A stretch of 64,000 nt of DNA from a virus (Duplodnaviria; Caudoviricetes). Location: the IMG/VR virus record IMGVR_UViG_3300025889_000071; one strand, given 5' to 3'. Both the position numbers and the translations under genes were made by a program. Within the stretch, counting starts at the first letter, position 1; every line of letters begins with the position of its first letter. The notes under the pieces are model-generated. The model was given only the letters and a program-made list of their open reading frames with translations, ran no database searches and was not told where the DNA came from. This document shows, piece by piece, positions 37,665 through 47,999 of the stretch.

Positions 37665-38512
37665 AAGTAACTATTTTAGGATCTTCAGGCCAAATCGGTG
37701 CATATCTCACAGAGTATCTTCGTGATAAAAATCATGAAGTTACGGAGTTTGATGTTGCCCGTCATCATGGTGAAGACCTTACCCAGATTCCAAATCATAA
37801 TCTAGATCGTGCAATCAAGAATGCTGACTTTGTATTCTTCCTTGCATTTGATGTTGGTGGGTCGAGATATCTGAAAAAGTATCAACATACTTTTGATTTT
37901 ATCAATAACAATACCCGTATAATGGCTCAAACTTTTGATTTACTCAAAAAGCACAATAAAAGGTTTGTGTTTGCATCATCTCAAATGAGTAATATGAGTT
38001 ACTCTCCTTATGGTGCTTGTAAGAAACTTGGAGAACTCTATACTACCGCACTCAAAGGACTGACTGTTAAGTTCTGGAATGTTTATGGTATAGAAAAAGA
38101 TCTAGACAAAGCTCATGTCATCACAGACTTCATTCGGAAAGGATTTGAAGAAAAAGAATTTGAGATGATGACTGATGGTACTGAAGAACGTCAGTTTTTG
38201 TATGCAGAGGATTGTTGTGAAGCTCTTGAAACCGTAATGGAAAACTTTACTGATTTCAAACCAGAAGATCCTCTTCACATTACCTCATTTCATTCCAATA
38301 CTATTAGAGAAGTTGCTAATATCATTCAAGGTTGCTTCTCAATTGAAGGAATGCATGATGTAAAAATTAAGTCTGGACTTGCTAAAGACAATGTTCAGAT
38401 GGATAAAAGGAACACCGCAGATACATTTATTCTTGATTGGTGGGTTCCTAAAACCACTATTGATGTGGGTATTCGAAAAGTATTCAACGAAATGAAAAAG
38501 GACTATATGTGA
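37661..38512 (+). CDS. NAD-dependent epimerase/dehydratase
   Basis: GSSGQIG, YGACK. Confidence 0.8.
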   Translation: MKVTILGSSGQIGAYLTEYLRDKNHEVTEFDVARHHGEDLTQIPNHNLDRAIKNADFVFFLAFDVGGSRYLKKYQHTFDFINNNTRIMAQTFDLLKKHNKRFVFASSQMSNMSYSPYGACKKLGELYTTALKGLTVKFWNVYGIEKDLDKAHVITDFIRKGFEEKEFEMMTDGTEERQFLYAEDCCEALETVMENFTDFKPEDPLHITSFHSNTIREVANIIQGCFSIEGMHDVKIKSGLAKDNVQMDKRNTADTFILDWWVPKTTIDVGIRKVFNEMKKDYM

Positions 38513-39327
38513 TGAGATATTCTGTATCACATTGGAGTGGTAGATTGGGAAATAATATTCAGCAAGTTGCCAACTCAATTATGGCTGCTGAATATTACTC
38601 ATCTTCTGTTAGCCAAAATTTAGATCATTCGATTATACAAAAATTTAATATTGTTTTTGGAGAAAATGATTTTGGAGGATCTGGAAGATTTTATTCTTGG
38701 GAACCTTTAGTTCATTGTGAAAAAGGTATATATGAAGGTGGTAATGAAATAGGTATACCTAAAGAATATGTGTATGGTAACATTAGAAGAATATGTAAAA
38801 GTATTGTATCTGATAAATTAGATCTTCCTAAAAAAGATGTTATAGGTGATGATACTATTGTTATGCATTTAAGAAGTGGAGATAATTATCATAGAATATT
38901 TGATCCGCCAACTAACTATATTCCAAATCCTCTTATTTTTTATTTAAATTTGATAGAATCTTTCGACAAATGTATTTTGATAACAGAGCCTGATACTGAA
39001 AATCCAATCATTCATGAACTAAAGAAAATAAATAAAGTTGAAATTCAATCATCAAGTGTTGCAGACGATTTTGCAACACTCATGTCAGCAAAAAATGTTG
39101 CATTATCTGGGGTAGGAACTTTTGCTATGGCAGCAGTTTTATGCTCTAAAAGTATAAAAAATTTATATACGACAGATCTTTTATTGACAGAACATTTAAA
39201 TTATAGTATGGTTTTCAATACAGATATAAATGTTCATTTGATGGAATTGGATAATTATCTTCCTGTTTTTCCATGTAGTTGGAAAAATACAGAAGAGCAA
39301 AGAAAATTTATTTTAGAGTATCGATGA
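38509..39327 (+). CDS. GT11-like glycosyltransferase
   Basis: GRLGNNIQQ and MHLRSGD motifs. Confidence 0.6.
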   Translation: MMRYSVSHWSGRLGNNIQQVANSIMAAEYYSSSVSQNLDHSIIQKFNIVFGENDFGGSGRFYSWEPLVHCEKGIYEGGNEIGIPKEYVYGNIRRICKSIVSDKLDLPKKDVIGDDTIVMHLRSGDNYHRIFDPPTNYIPNPLIFYLNLIESFDKCILITEPDTENPIIHELKKINKVEIQSSSVADDFATLMSAKNVALSGVGTFAMAAVLCSKSIKNLYTTDLLLTEHLNYSMVFNTDINVHLMELDNYLPVFPCSWKNTEEQRKFILEYR

Positions 39328-40316
39328 AAATATTTGTTACTGGATGTGCCGGATTATTAGGTGCAAATTATGCAAGACATCTTCTTACCAATGGTCATAC
39401 TGTTATTGGTATTGATGACTTATCTGGTGGACATAAAGCATTTCTTCCAAAGGGTGAGAACTTTCAGTTTGTGAAACTCAATCTGGAGAGGCGCAAGAAA
39501 GTAGAGGCACTCTTTGAGGAGCATCGTCCAGATGTCTTACTTCACTTTGCCGCATATGCTGCAGAGGGACTGTCTCCCTTTATTCGTAATTACAACTATC
39601 GGAATAATCTTATTTGCTCTGCTAACTTGATCAATCCTTGCATTACTTACAATACAAAGATGATCTTTACATCTAGTATGGCAGTCTATGGAGAACAGGA
39701 ACCCCCCTTCACTGAAGATAAGAAACCACAACCAATCGATCCCTATGGTATGGCAAAGTATGCTGTAGAGTGTGATTTAAAGATGGCTAATCAACAGTTT
39801 GGACTGCGATATAATATTGTCCGTCCTCATAATGTTCTGGGTATCTATCAGAATATCTGGGATCGTTATCGTAATGTGATTGGTATCTTTATTCGTAAGA
39901 CTCTGAATGGTCAACCCATTCTTGTCTATGGTGATGGAGAACAGACTCGTGCTTTCTCTGATATCAGATATTACATGGAACCGTTTGATATTCTCTTGTC
40001 AGAGTTTGATGGGGAGACCTTTAATATCGGTGCAGACAAATACTTTACTTTGAATCAAGTTGCTGAAACAGTTCAATCTATTGGTAAGAAGTATGGGTAT
40101 GATGTTCCCATTGAACATGGCCCACCACGACACGAAGCAAAGCACGCATATTGTAATCATGATAAGGCAAAAAACTTGCTTAAATTCAAAGATAATACTA
40201 AACTGGAAGAGTTAATTGAAGATATGTTTGTATGGGCAATGAAACAACCTAATAGAAAAGTGAAAAATATGGAATATGAAGTCACTGAAGGAATCTACGA
40301 TTATTGGAAGAACTGA
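39324..40316 (+). CDS. NAD-dependent epimerase (UDP-glucose 4-epimerase-like)
   Basis: GCAGLLG, YGMAK. Confidence 0.85.
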   Translation: MKIFVTGCAGLLGANYARHLLTNGHTVIGIDDLSGGHKAFLPKGENFQFVKLNLERRKKVEALFEEHRPDVLLHFAAYAAEGLSPFIRNYNYRNNLICSANLINPCITYNTKMIFTSSMAVYGEQEPPFTEDKKPQPIDPYGMAKYAVECDLKMANQQFGLRYNIVRPHNVLGIYQNIWDRYRNVIGIFIRKTLNGQPILVYGDGEQTRAFSDIRYYMEPFDILLSEFDGETFNIGADKYFTLNQVAETVQSIGKKYGYDVPIEHGPPRHEAKHAYCNHDKAKNLLKFKDNTKLEELIEDMFVWAMKQPNRKVKNMEYEVTEGIYDYWKN

Positions 40317-40999
40317 CTATGCAAGAAGCTAATTGGCCTAAGTGTCCTAGGTATTTTAATTCTGACTTTGATAATCTCAAATATCAGTTTCCTGGATCCG
40401 AAAATATTACAAACAATTATGCACAATCGATGCAAGATATGTTTGTTCTTTCCATGCTTGATGGTAAAAAGAATGGAGTATATGTTGAGATCGGTGCAGA
40501 TCAACCACGAGTTATCAGCAATACCTATCTTCTAGAAACTGAGTTTGATTGGATGGGCGTGTCTTTTGAAGTGGATGGTGATAAAGTTCAGTTCTTCAAT
40601 ACGATGCGAAGGAATCAATGTATCTGTGCAGACGCAACAAAATTTGATTACAAGTTTTTATTTGAAGAGAGAAACTATCCTAAACAAATTGACTATCTTC
40701 AACTTGACATTGAACCTGCAGAGCAAACTCTAAATGCTCTTAAGGCACTCCCTTTAGATGAATATAGATACTCTGTCATCACATATGAAACTGATGTCTA
40801 TTGTGATGGGCCTGACAGTCAAGACGAACAAGCACGTATCCTAAAGTCGCATGGATATCAGTTGGTTGCTAAAAATGTGATGAACGAGGGAAATCCTTAT
40901 GAGGACTGGTGGGTTGATCCTGCAGTTGTCCCAGAGGAAAGATGGAAACCATGTAAGACTATGTTGGGTATTGATTGTAAGGAGGTTATTTGTAAATGA
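40304..40999 (+). CDS. FkbM-like methyltransferase
   Basis: QSMQD, YVEIGA..SNT, IDYLQLDIE. Confidence 0.7.
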   Translation: MEELTMQEANWPKCPRYFNSDFDNLKYQFPGSENITNNYAQSMQDMFVLSMLDGKKNGVYVEIGADQPRVISNTYLLETEFDWMGVSFEVDGDKVQFFNTMRRNQCICADATKFDYKFLFEERNYPKQIDYLQLDIEPAEQTLNALKALPLDEYRYSVITYETDVYCDGPDSQDEQARILKSHGYQLVAKNVMNEGNPYEDWWVDPAVVPEERWKPCKTMLGIDCKEVICK

Positions 41000-41751
41000 G
41001 TTGGACTCTACAAGATTCTGCAGTGAAGCCATATCTGCAGGTGTGTCATTATGCAGCAGTTAATTCAGATTATTTCAACACTTTCAAGAGTATTGGAGCG
41101 TATCGTCATGTTCTAGAGCATGTTTCTCAAGAAGAGGGTCAACTCTATCTTGATGAGATTGAAATTGACTACAAAGACAAACTAGATGAAATCAAACAGA
41201 ATGACACGATTGGTAATCCAGTAATGTTTGATTATCCTGATGTAGGTATGATGTCACCTACAACCATTCGTTATATCAAGAATGTTTCTGATATTATTAA
41301 TGCATTTGGCACGGGAATGAAATCTATTGTCGAAGTTGGTGGTGGTTATGGTGGTTTGTGTAAAGTCATGAGTTCTTTCATTGACTTTGATAATTATCTT
41401 CTGATTGATCTTGAAGAATGTAATGAACTCTCTCGTAAATATCTTTCCGAGTTTGATCTACCCACTTTGTCCCATCGGGGAGAAGAGATTGAGATAGAGG
41501 AAAACTTTGATCTGTTCATTAGCAACTATGCTTTGTCTGAATGTGATCGGGAAACGCAGATGGAATATATTAATAAGTTTGTGAAAAAGTCGGACAGATT
41601 TTATCTGATGCACAATGACTTCCATGTTGATCATGGAAATATGTCTCACCAGGAGTTTGTAGAAATCATGTCAGATACTCATGAAGTTAATTTTTATGGA
41701 GAACATGGTGTAGAATCTAATCCAAAAGTAATGTATGGTACTATCAAATGA
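40996..41751 (+). CDS. putative sugar O-methyltransferase
   Basis: IVEVGGGYG, LIDL, ISNYALSE. Confidence 0.75.
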   Translation: MSWTLQDSAVKPYLQVCHYAAVNSDYFNTFKSIGAYRHVLEHVSQEEGQLYLDEIEIDYKDKLDEIKQNDTIGNPVMFDYPDVGMMSPTTIRYIKNVSDIINAFGTGMKSIVEVGGGYGGLCKVMSSFIDFDNYLLIDLEECNELSRKYLSEFDLPTLSHRGEEIEIEENFDLFISNYALSECDRETQMEYINKFVKKSDRFYLMHNDFHVDHGNMSHQEFVEIMSDTHEVNFYGEHGVESNPKVMYGTIK

Positions 41752-42605
41752 AAGTTTTCGATTCCTTTATCTTCTTCAACGAACTAGAATTGTTGGAGAT
41801 GCGGTTGAATATTCTTAAGGATGTTGTTGATTATTTTGTTCTTACGGAATCTCCATTCACTGTAAGTGGTAATGAAAAACCTCTCTACTATCAAGAGAAC
41901 AAAGATCGTTTTGGTAAGTTGAACGATAAGATTATTCATCATGTGACTGAAGAGATTCCTAATGATTTTAGTCACATGCTTGAAAAGACCAAGTATCATG
42001 TGGCCTATAATGATAAAGATCCATATGGAACCAGGTTTATTGATATTCCTATTCGTTTCCAACGTGCTATCTACAACAGAAACAATAGTGCTTTTGGTAT
42101 TGAGAAAGCAGGAGTATCTGATGAGGACGTGGTGATCACTAGTGATGCTGATGAAATTATTAACCCATATGTCCTAGAAGACCTTTCCTGGTTTGATCCT
42201 AACAATCACTATGTGACTCTCTGCAATGCCTACTACTACAAACTGAACTTCCTGTATCAAGATGATTGGATGGGATCAAGAATTTGTACTTGGAAACATT
42301 TAAAATCAACAACAATTGATCAGCATCGTCAAGATCACAAAAATGCATATAGGATTGAGGATGGTGGTTGGCATTTTAGCTTTTTGGGCAATGCTGAAAA
42401 CTTTAAATTAAAATTAGCATCTTATGAGCATACTGAAAACAACACTGATGTTAATGTTTCTAATGCTGAAGAAAAAGTAGAACAAGGTCTCGATCCTTTG
42501 AATCGTGGCATGACATATAAAGCTGTACCGATTGATGATTCATACCCCGAATATATTGTAGAGAATCAGGACAAGTATGCAGAATTTATTAAACCATGGA
42601 ACTAA
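41748..42605 (+). CDS. GT17-like glycosyltransferase
   Basis: FDSFIFFNELELLEMRL, SDADE, GGWHFS. Confidence 0.8.
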   Translation: MKVFDSFIFFNELELLEMRLNILKDVVDYFVLTESPFTVSGNEKPLYYQENKDRFGKLNDKIIHHVTEEIPNDFSHMLEKTKYHVAYNDKDPYGTRFIDIPIRFQRAIYNRNNSAFGIEKAGVSDEDVVITSDADEIINPYVLEDLSWFDPNNHYVTLCNAYYYKLNFLYQDDWMGSRICTWKHLKSTTIDQHRQDHKNAYRIEDGGWHFSFLGNAENFKLKLASYEHTENNTDVNVSNAEEKVEQGLDPLNRGMTYKAVPIDDSYPEYIVENQDKYAEFIKPWN

Positions 42606-43525
42606 TTGAAGGTGTAGCATTATCTGAACTGTGTGATTATTCTTTTGGTGATCAGTCAGGACAATGGGGGAACATTTATACCTCTTTTATGAAAGATGCA
42701 AATCTTATGAATGTGGAGTTTGTGTCAAAGTTATTTGAAATAAAGAAGAGTCGTAATTATATGACTTTGTTTATTGACAATATACGACTGTATAAAAGAG
42801 ATATTGTTGAAGTCAAACCTGAAGACCGGCCATATATTGAATCTCTTCATAGAAGGAGTGATCTTCTTAAATTATGTGGCAATTTTCCTGATATGAGATT
42901 TGTCATTTTTACTAATCTGGAAGACACACCTACTGATGAATTTATATTTGGTTCTATTCCTGACAATGTGATTAGAATTGTTGCAGTCAATGCAGTATCT
43001 TTTGGTGAAAAGGTAATTCCTGCTCCTTATGGAGTTCAAAGAAGAATGTCTATGAGTGATAATAGAATTGAACTTCTTCAGGAGGAGATGGAAAAAAGTA
43101 ATCCAAACTCATACAAACTTCTTTATATTAATCATAATGAAAATAATCATTCAGAAAGATCTGGATTGAAAGAAAAGTTTCAAAATGAATCCTGGACCTT
43201 TGTTGAACAAAATCGAGTTGGTTATTCAACTTTTCTTGAGGGGATTAAATCGTGCAAATTTGTTCTTTGTCCTCGTGGTAATGCTATTGACTGTCACCGC
43301 AACTGGGAAGTTCTGTATATGAGAAGGGTTCCTATTATGAAAAGGCACTCTTATCTAGAGGAACTGTTTAAAGATTATCCAGTTCTTTTTGTTGATGAGT
43401 ATAGTGAAATAACAAAAGAACTTTTGGTACAAAATAACGACCTGTTCTTACAGGCACAGAAAATGGAATTATATAATTTAGATTTAAATAATTTTTTTCA
43501 AAAATATATTGAGGATGTAAAATGA
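42596..43525 (+). CDS. exostosin (GT47)-like protein
   Basis: SCKFVLCPRGN..DCHRNWE. Confidence 0.7.
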   Translation: MELIEGVALSELCDYSFGDQSGQWGNIYTSFMKDANLMNVEFVSKLFEIKKSRNYMTLFIDNIRLYKRDIVEVKPEDRPYIESLHRRSDLLKLCGNFPDMRFVIFTNLEDTPTDEFIFGSIPDNVIRIVAVNAVSFGEKVIPAPYGVQRRMSMSDNRIELLQEEMEKSNPNSYKLLYINHNENNHSERSGLKEKFQNESWTFVEQNRVGYSTFLEGIKSCKFVLCPRGNAIDCHRNWEVLYMRRVPIMKRHSYLEELFKDYPVLFVDEYSEITKELLVQNNDLFLQAQKMELYNLDLNNFFQKYIEDVK

Positions 43526-44220
43526 CAACAAAAACATTAGTAGTATCAAATCATAATTCTGATCTTGAGTGGCTAAGCACTACTTATGATTATGGGTTTT
43601 CACCAGAAAATACCATCATTTATGATAGAAGTGATGTTGAAAAGGATTGGAGTCATCTTGGTGAAAGTATTCGTTCTCCCAATGTTGGTGAAAACATCTA
43701 TGATATAATGAGATATATTGTGGAACATTATGAGAAACTTCCCGATGTTTGTATTTTCATAAAAGGAAATATGTTTCAAAGACCTGAAGATAAAGGTGGG
43801 GCAGAGTATTATACAACTCGTGAAAGATTTTATCGTGCTTTGACTGCCGAGTATTTTCTTCCTATTGAAAGATTTCATGACAGTACGGCTTTTGTTTGTA
43901 ATGGTGGAGGATTTATTCAACCGACATGGGAAGCAGTGTCTAATCAAACAATCTATACAAGACACTTTTCAACTTTTCCACAAATGCTTGGTAAACTATT
44001 TCAAAATCCTCCTAATTTTCCTTTTAATAGATTTGCTCCTGGCGGAAACTATGTTGTTCCTAAAGCAAATATTTTAAAATTTAGTAAAGAGTTTTATGAA
44101 AAACTAAAGTTTTTTGTTTCATATGAACCACCTGAAGAATTTCAAAGCACTTCTGGTGAGTCATATTTGATAGAAAGATTGTTATATATGATGTGGACTG
44201 AAGACCTTCAGGAAATCTAA
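43522..44220 (+). CDS. DUF3431-like protein
   Basis: DLEWL, PNVGEN, IVEHYEKLPD, ERL. Confidence 0.55.
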   Translation: MTTKTLVVSNHNSDLEWLSTTYDYGFSPENTIIYDRSDVEKDWSHLGESIRSPNVGENIYDIMRYIVEHYEKLPDVCIFIKGNMFQRPEDKGGAEYYTTRERFYRALTAEYFLPIERFHDSTAFVCNGGGFIQPTWEAVSNQTIYTRHFSTFPQMLGKLFQNPPNFPFNRFAPGGNYVVPKANILKFSKEFYEKLKFFVSYEPPEEFQSTSGESYLIERLLYMMWTEDLQEI

Positions 44221-44285
44221 TAAATATTGGAAATTGACAACTTAATGGGTGTCTTGTAGAATATGTATTGGTGGAGATAAAGAAT

Positions 44286-45575
44286 ATGTATCAGTTGATT
44301 GAAAATTTTATTGACTCTGCCAAAGAGATGGATGATGATATCTTTCCATTTATGGCAAATAAGAATTGGAAAGAAGGTAAACCTGTTTTTTATTCTGGTC
44401 CTTATTGGGATGACCTTGAAGCCAGAGAACTTATTTACTCTGTTATGAAAGGTAAGTGGTTATCATCTGGAGAAAAGGTTAATAAATTTGAGCATGAATT
44501 TTCACAAAAGTTTGGATTTAAACATTCTGTAATGGTAAATTCTGGGAGTTCTGCAAATCTTGTAATGTTTGCTGCTCTTAAAAAATATTTTGGATGGAAA
44601 GATGGTGACGAAATTATTGTCTGTGCATGTGGATTTGCGACTACTGTAGCTCCTATTGCACAATGTGGATTGAAACCAGTATTTGTTGATATTGTTTGGG
44701 AGGATTTGAATTGGAATCTTGATCAGGTTGCAGATAAAATCACACCAAATACAAGAGCAGTTATATCTTCACCTGTTCTTGGTAATGCATACGATATGGA
44801 TAAACTGGTTGATATATGCAAAACAAATGATGTACATTTAATCGCAGACAATTGTGATAGTCTTGGTAGCACTTGGAAGGGTGACTATTTGACAAAACAT
44901 GCTATTGCAGCATCTTGCTCATTTTATCCAGCACATCACATTTGCACAATTGAAGGTGGAATGGTTTCTTCAAATGAGAAGGCTATAGTAGATCTTGCTA
45001 GAAGTTTTGCATGGTGGGGACGAGGATGTTATTGTGTTGGACAGCAAAATCTTCTTTCGAATGGTGTTTGTGGGAGGAGATTTGACACTTGGTTGCAGGA
45101 TTATCCTGATATTGTTGATCACAAATATGTGTTTGGTAATATGGGATATAATCTTAAACCTTTAGATATGCAAGGTGCAGTTGGTTCAATTCAACTTCTC
45201 AAGTTTGAAGAGATACATAAGATTCGTAGAAGTAATAAGAAAAAAATACAAAAGATTATTGAGAGTATTCCTGGTACTGGAGTTGTAAATGAGCGAGAAG
45301 AATCTGAAACAAGTTGGTTTGGAGTTCCTATTGTTTGTGATGATAAAAATCTGAAAAGATCTTTAGTTTCGCATTTTGAAAAAAATAAAATTCAAACTCG
45401 CAATTATTTTGCTGGTAATATCTTATTGCATCCTGGATATAGTCATTTAGATGATGCTAGAAAATATCCAGAAGCAAATCAAGTTCTTGATAAAGTATTT
45501 TTCTTGGGATGCTCTCCTACAATTACACAAGATATGATTGATTACATTGCAAAAGTTGTTTCTGAATTCAAATGA
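44286..45575 (+). CDS. RfbH/DdhC (E1)-like 4-keto-6-deoxy-sugar 3-dehydrase, DegT fold
   Basis: NSGSSAN, SFYPAHH (His replaces Lys), CYC..C..DHKY. Confidence 0.85.
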   Translation: MYQLIENFIDSAKEMDDDIFPFMANKNWKEGKPVFYSGPYWDDLEARELIYSVMKGKWLSSGEKVNKFEHEFSQKFGFKHSVMVNSGSSANLVMFAALKKYFGWKDGDEIIVCACGFATTVAPIAQCGLKPVFVDIVWEDLNWNLDQVADKITPNTRAVISSPVLGNAYDMDKLVDICKTNDVHLIADNCDSLGSTWKGDYLTKHAIAASCSFYPAHHICTIEGGMVSSNEKAIVDLARSFAWWGRGCYCVGQQNLLSNGVCGRRFDTWLQDYPDIVDHKYVFGNMGYNLKPLDMQGAVGSIQLLKFEEIHKIRRSNKKKIQKIIESIPGTGVVNEREESETSWFGVPIVCDDKNLKRSLVSHFEKNKIQTRNYFAGNILLHPGYSHLDDARKYPEANQVLDKVFFLGCSPTITQDMIDYIAKVVSEFK

Positions 45576-46507
45576 TTGTTTCTGAATTTTATTATGGTCA
45601 AGGTTTTGGTAACCAGTTATTTGTTTACGTAGCTACTAGAATGCTCGCCCGTAAGAGGGGATTTGATTATGGGTTCACTGGACTGGAAAATTTTGGCGAT
45701 AGAAGATTCAATGATAATGGAATTCATTTTATGGATCTTGATCTTGGTAAACCAGTTTATGGTGGTTCCAGTCCTCCTGGCGGCCCACCAGATAAACTTC
45801 CTGATGGGATAGAGAACTATTATGTAGAACATAGGCACGGGTTATATACTGACCCTATGCTAAAAACAGATATTAGACTCACTGATAAAAAACTTTTTGA
45901 AATAAAAGATAATACAAAGATTGATGGATCTTTTCAATCGGAAGATTATTTTTATGATGAAATGGATTTGGTTCGTAGTTGGTTAAAAGTAAAACCAGAA
46001 TTTGAACACAATGAAACTTGTGGTGATGATATTTGTGTCATCAATTTTCGTGGTAGTGATATGATTGGGAATGCTGGTTGTTGGTTTCCAAGATCATATT
46101 ATGACAATGCAATACAAAATATGTTGAAGTTTAATCCGAACATGAGATTTTGTATTGTTACTGAAGATGTTAAAACTGCAAATATAGTTTTACCAGAGTT
46201 TCCTGCTTATCATGATAGTGTTGCTTGGGATTTTGTTGCACTTAAAAATGCAAAAAATATTATTTGTGGAGCATCAACATTTGCTTGCTGGCCATTGTGG
46301 TTGAATAAAAACATACAAAATTGCATTGCTCCAAAGTATTGGTTTGATCACAATAGATCTCAAGGATGGTGGTCTCTTGGATGTAGCATATATAGTTACC
46401 CAACTTATTATATGGACAGAGTAGGTAAACTCTTTACACCTGATGAATGTAGGTTAGAATGGGAAGAGTATAAGCAAAGAACAAATATCTATAGAGATGA
46501 AGTATGA
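45572..46507 (+). CDS. GT11 glycosyltransferase
   Basis: GQGFGNQLF, GSFQSE, NFRG. Confidence 0.75.
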   Translation: MIVSEFYYGQGFGNQLFVYVATRMLARKRGFDYGFTGLENFGDRRFNDNGIHFMDLDLGKPVYGGSSPPGGPPDKLPDGIENYYVEHRHGLYTDPMLKTDIRLTDKKLFEIKDNTKIDGSFQSEDYFYDEMDLVRSWLKVKPEFEHNETCGDDICVINFRGSDMIGNAGCWFPRSYYDNAIQNMLKFNPNMRFCIVTEDVKTANIVLPEFPAYHDSVAWDFVALKNAKNIICGASTFACWPLWLNKNIQNCIAPKYWFDHNRSQGWWSLGCSIYSYPTYYMDRVGKLFTPDECRLEWEEYKQRTNIYRDEV

Positions 46508-47193
46508 TTGATCTATCTGATGTTACATTGGTCAGTATTGATACTACAGACCGAATAAATGAAACTCTAACTGCGGTTTATACCAGCATGAATGGTATAA
46601 AATATGGGTCCGTGAAATTAGTAACAGATAAGGATCCTCCAAATTTAGATTCAAATATCACCATAGAACGACCAGTAACTGATATTAAAAACTATAATGA
46701 TTATAATCATTATGTCGTGTACCATCTTCATAATCATATAGACACATCACACTGCTTACTTGTTCAGCAAGATGGTTTTGTTTTGTTCCCAGATAAATGG
46801 GATCCACAATGGTTGAATTATGATTATATTGGAGCTCCATGGGCAGTAGTTGAGGATGCATACATTGATCCTTTTGGTAATCACCATCGTGTTGGTAATG
46901 GTGGATTTTCTTTAAGGAGTAAAAAGTTTCTTGAGGTTCCGACTAAAGTTGAAGTTCCTTGGGAAACTAACAATAGTGACTTTTATTGGATGCCAGAAGG
47001 AGTTGTGAATTATCATGAGGATGGAAATGTTTGTGTTCATAATAGGCATATTTTTATAGAGCAGGGGTGTAAGTATGCACCTGTTGATGTTGCTGTAAGA
47101 TTTTCACAGGAAACAAGAGTTCCGGAATGTGAGGGGGTGACACCATTTGGATTTCATTATAGACTACCACCAGGAGTTAAATTAGAAAGATGA
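46504..47193 (+). CDS. DUF5672-like putative glycosyltransferase
   Basis: LLVQQDG, YDYIGAPW, VGNGGFSLRS. Confidence 0.7.
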   Translation: MIDLSDVTLVSIDTTDRINETLTAVYTSMNGIKYGSVKLVTDKDPPNLDSNITIERPVTDIKNYNDYNHYVVYHLHNHIDTSHCLLVQQDGFVLFPDKWDPQWLNYDYIGAPWAVVEDAYIDPFGNHHRVGNGGFSLRSKKFLEVPTKVEVPWETNNSDFYWMPEGVVNYHEDGNVCVHNRHIFIEQGCKYAPVDVAVRFSQETRVPECEGVTPFGFHYRLPPGVKLER

Positions 47194-47999
47194 TAGGACA
47201 TAACCATCTAGGAAAGAATGGCCGATTTGGAAATCAAATGTTCCAATATGCAGCAACTAAAGGAATTGCAAAAGCAAGAGGATATGACTTTTGTATTCCG
47301 AATGGACCGAGGAATGATGATGAGTTTAATGATGAAGAAAATCAACATAAACTCTTCATGGCTTTTAAATTGCCATCACTTAATAATGTTGGTCTTTTAA
47401 ATGGACAATATAAACAGGAATCATCTTTTAGGTATGATAAAGAACTTGTAAAAACTTGTCCTGATAATGTAAATCTATATGGTTACTTTCAGTCTGAAAG
47501 ATATTTCTTTCATGTAGAAGAAGAACTTCGTAAAGACTTTGAGTTTCGTGATGATGTAAAGAAACTCTGTGATGAAATTTGGAAAGAAATTGTCATTGAT
47601 GAGGGACATACAGAAGCAATTTCTCTGCACGTTCGTCGCACAGATCATTTGATCAAACCAACATATCATCCTGTGCTTCCTATCAGTTACTATGAAGAAG
47701 CACTGTCTAAACTTCCCGAAGACATTCCAGTTTTTGTCTTTACTGATGACCCTCAATGGGCTTTTGGACATGAGTTTTTCTCTTCAGATAGATTCTTTAT
47801 CTCTGAAAGTGATAACATACATGATATGTGTTTGATGTCTATGTGTAATTACAACATCATTGCCAACTCTACCTTCTCATGGTGGGGAGCATGGTTGGCA
47901 GGACATAATAGGGTGATTGGTCCTAAACTGTGGTTTGGACCTGATGGGGAGGATCCTACGGATATTTACCAGAAGGAATGGGAGTATCTTGATGTCTGA
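47190..47999 (+). CDS. GT11 alpha-1,2-fucosyltransferase-like
   Basis: GRFGNQMFQY, GYFQSE, HVRRTD, NSTFSWWGA. Confidence 0.88.
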   Translation: MIGHNHLGKNGRFGNQMFQYAATKGIAKARGYDFCIPNGPRNDDEFNDEENQHKLFMAFKLPSLNNVGLLNGQYKQESSFRYDKELVKTCPDNVNLYGYFQSERYFFHVEEELRKDFEFRDDVKKLCDEIWKEIVIDEGHTEAISLHVRRTDHLIKPTYHPVLPISYYEEALSKLPEDIPVFVFTDDPQWAFGHEFFSSDRFFISESDNIHDMCLMSMCNYNIIANSTFSWWGAWLAGHNRVIGPKLWFGPDGEDPTDIYQKEWEYLDV

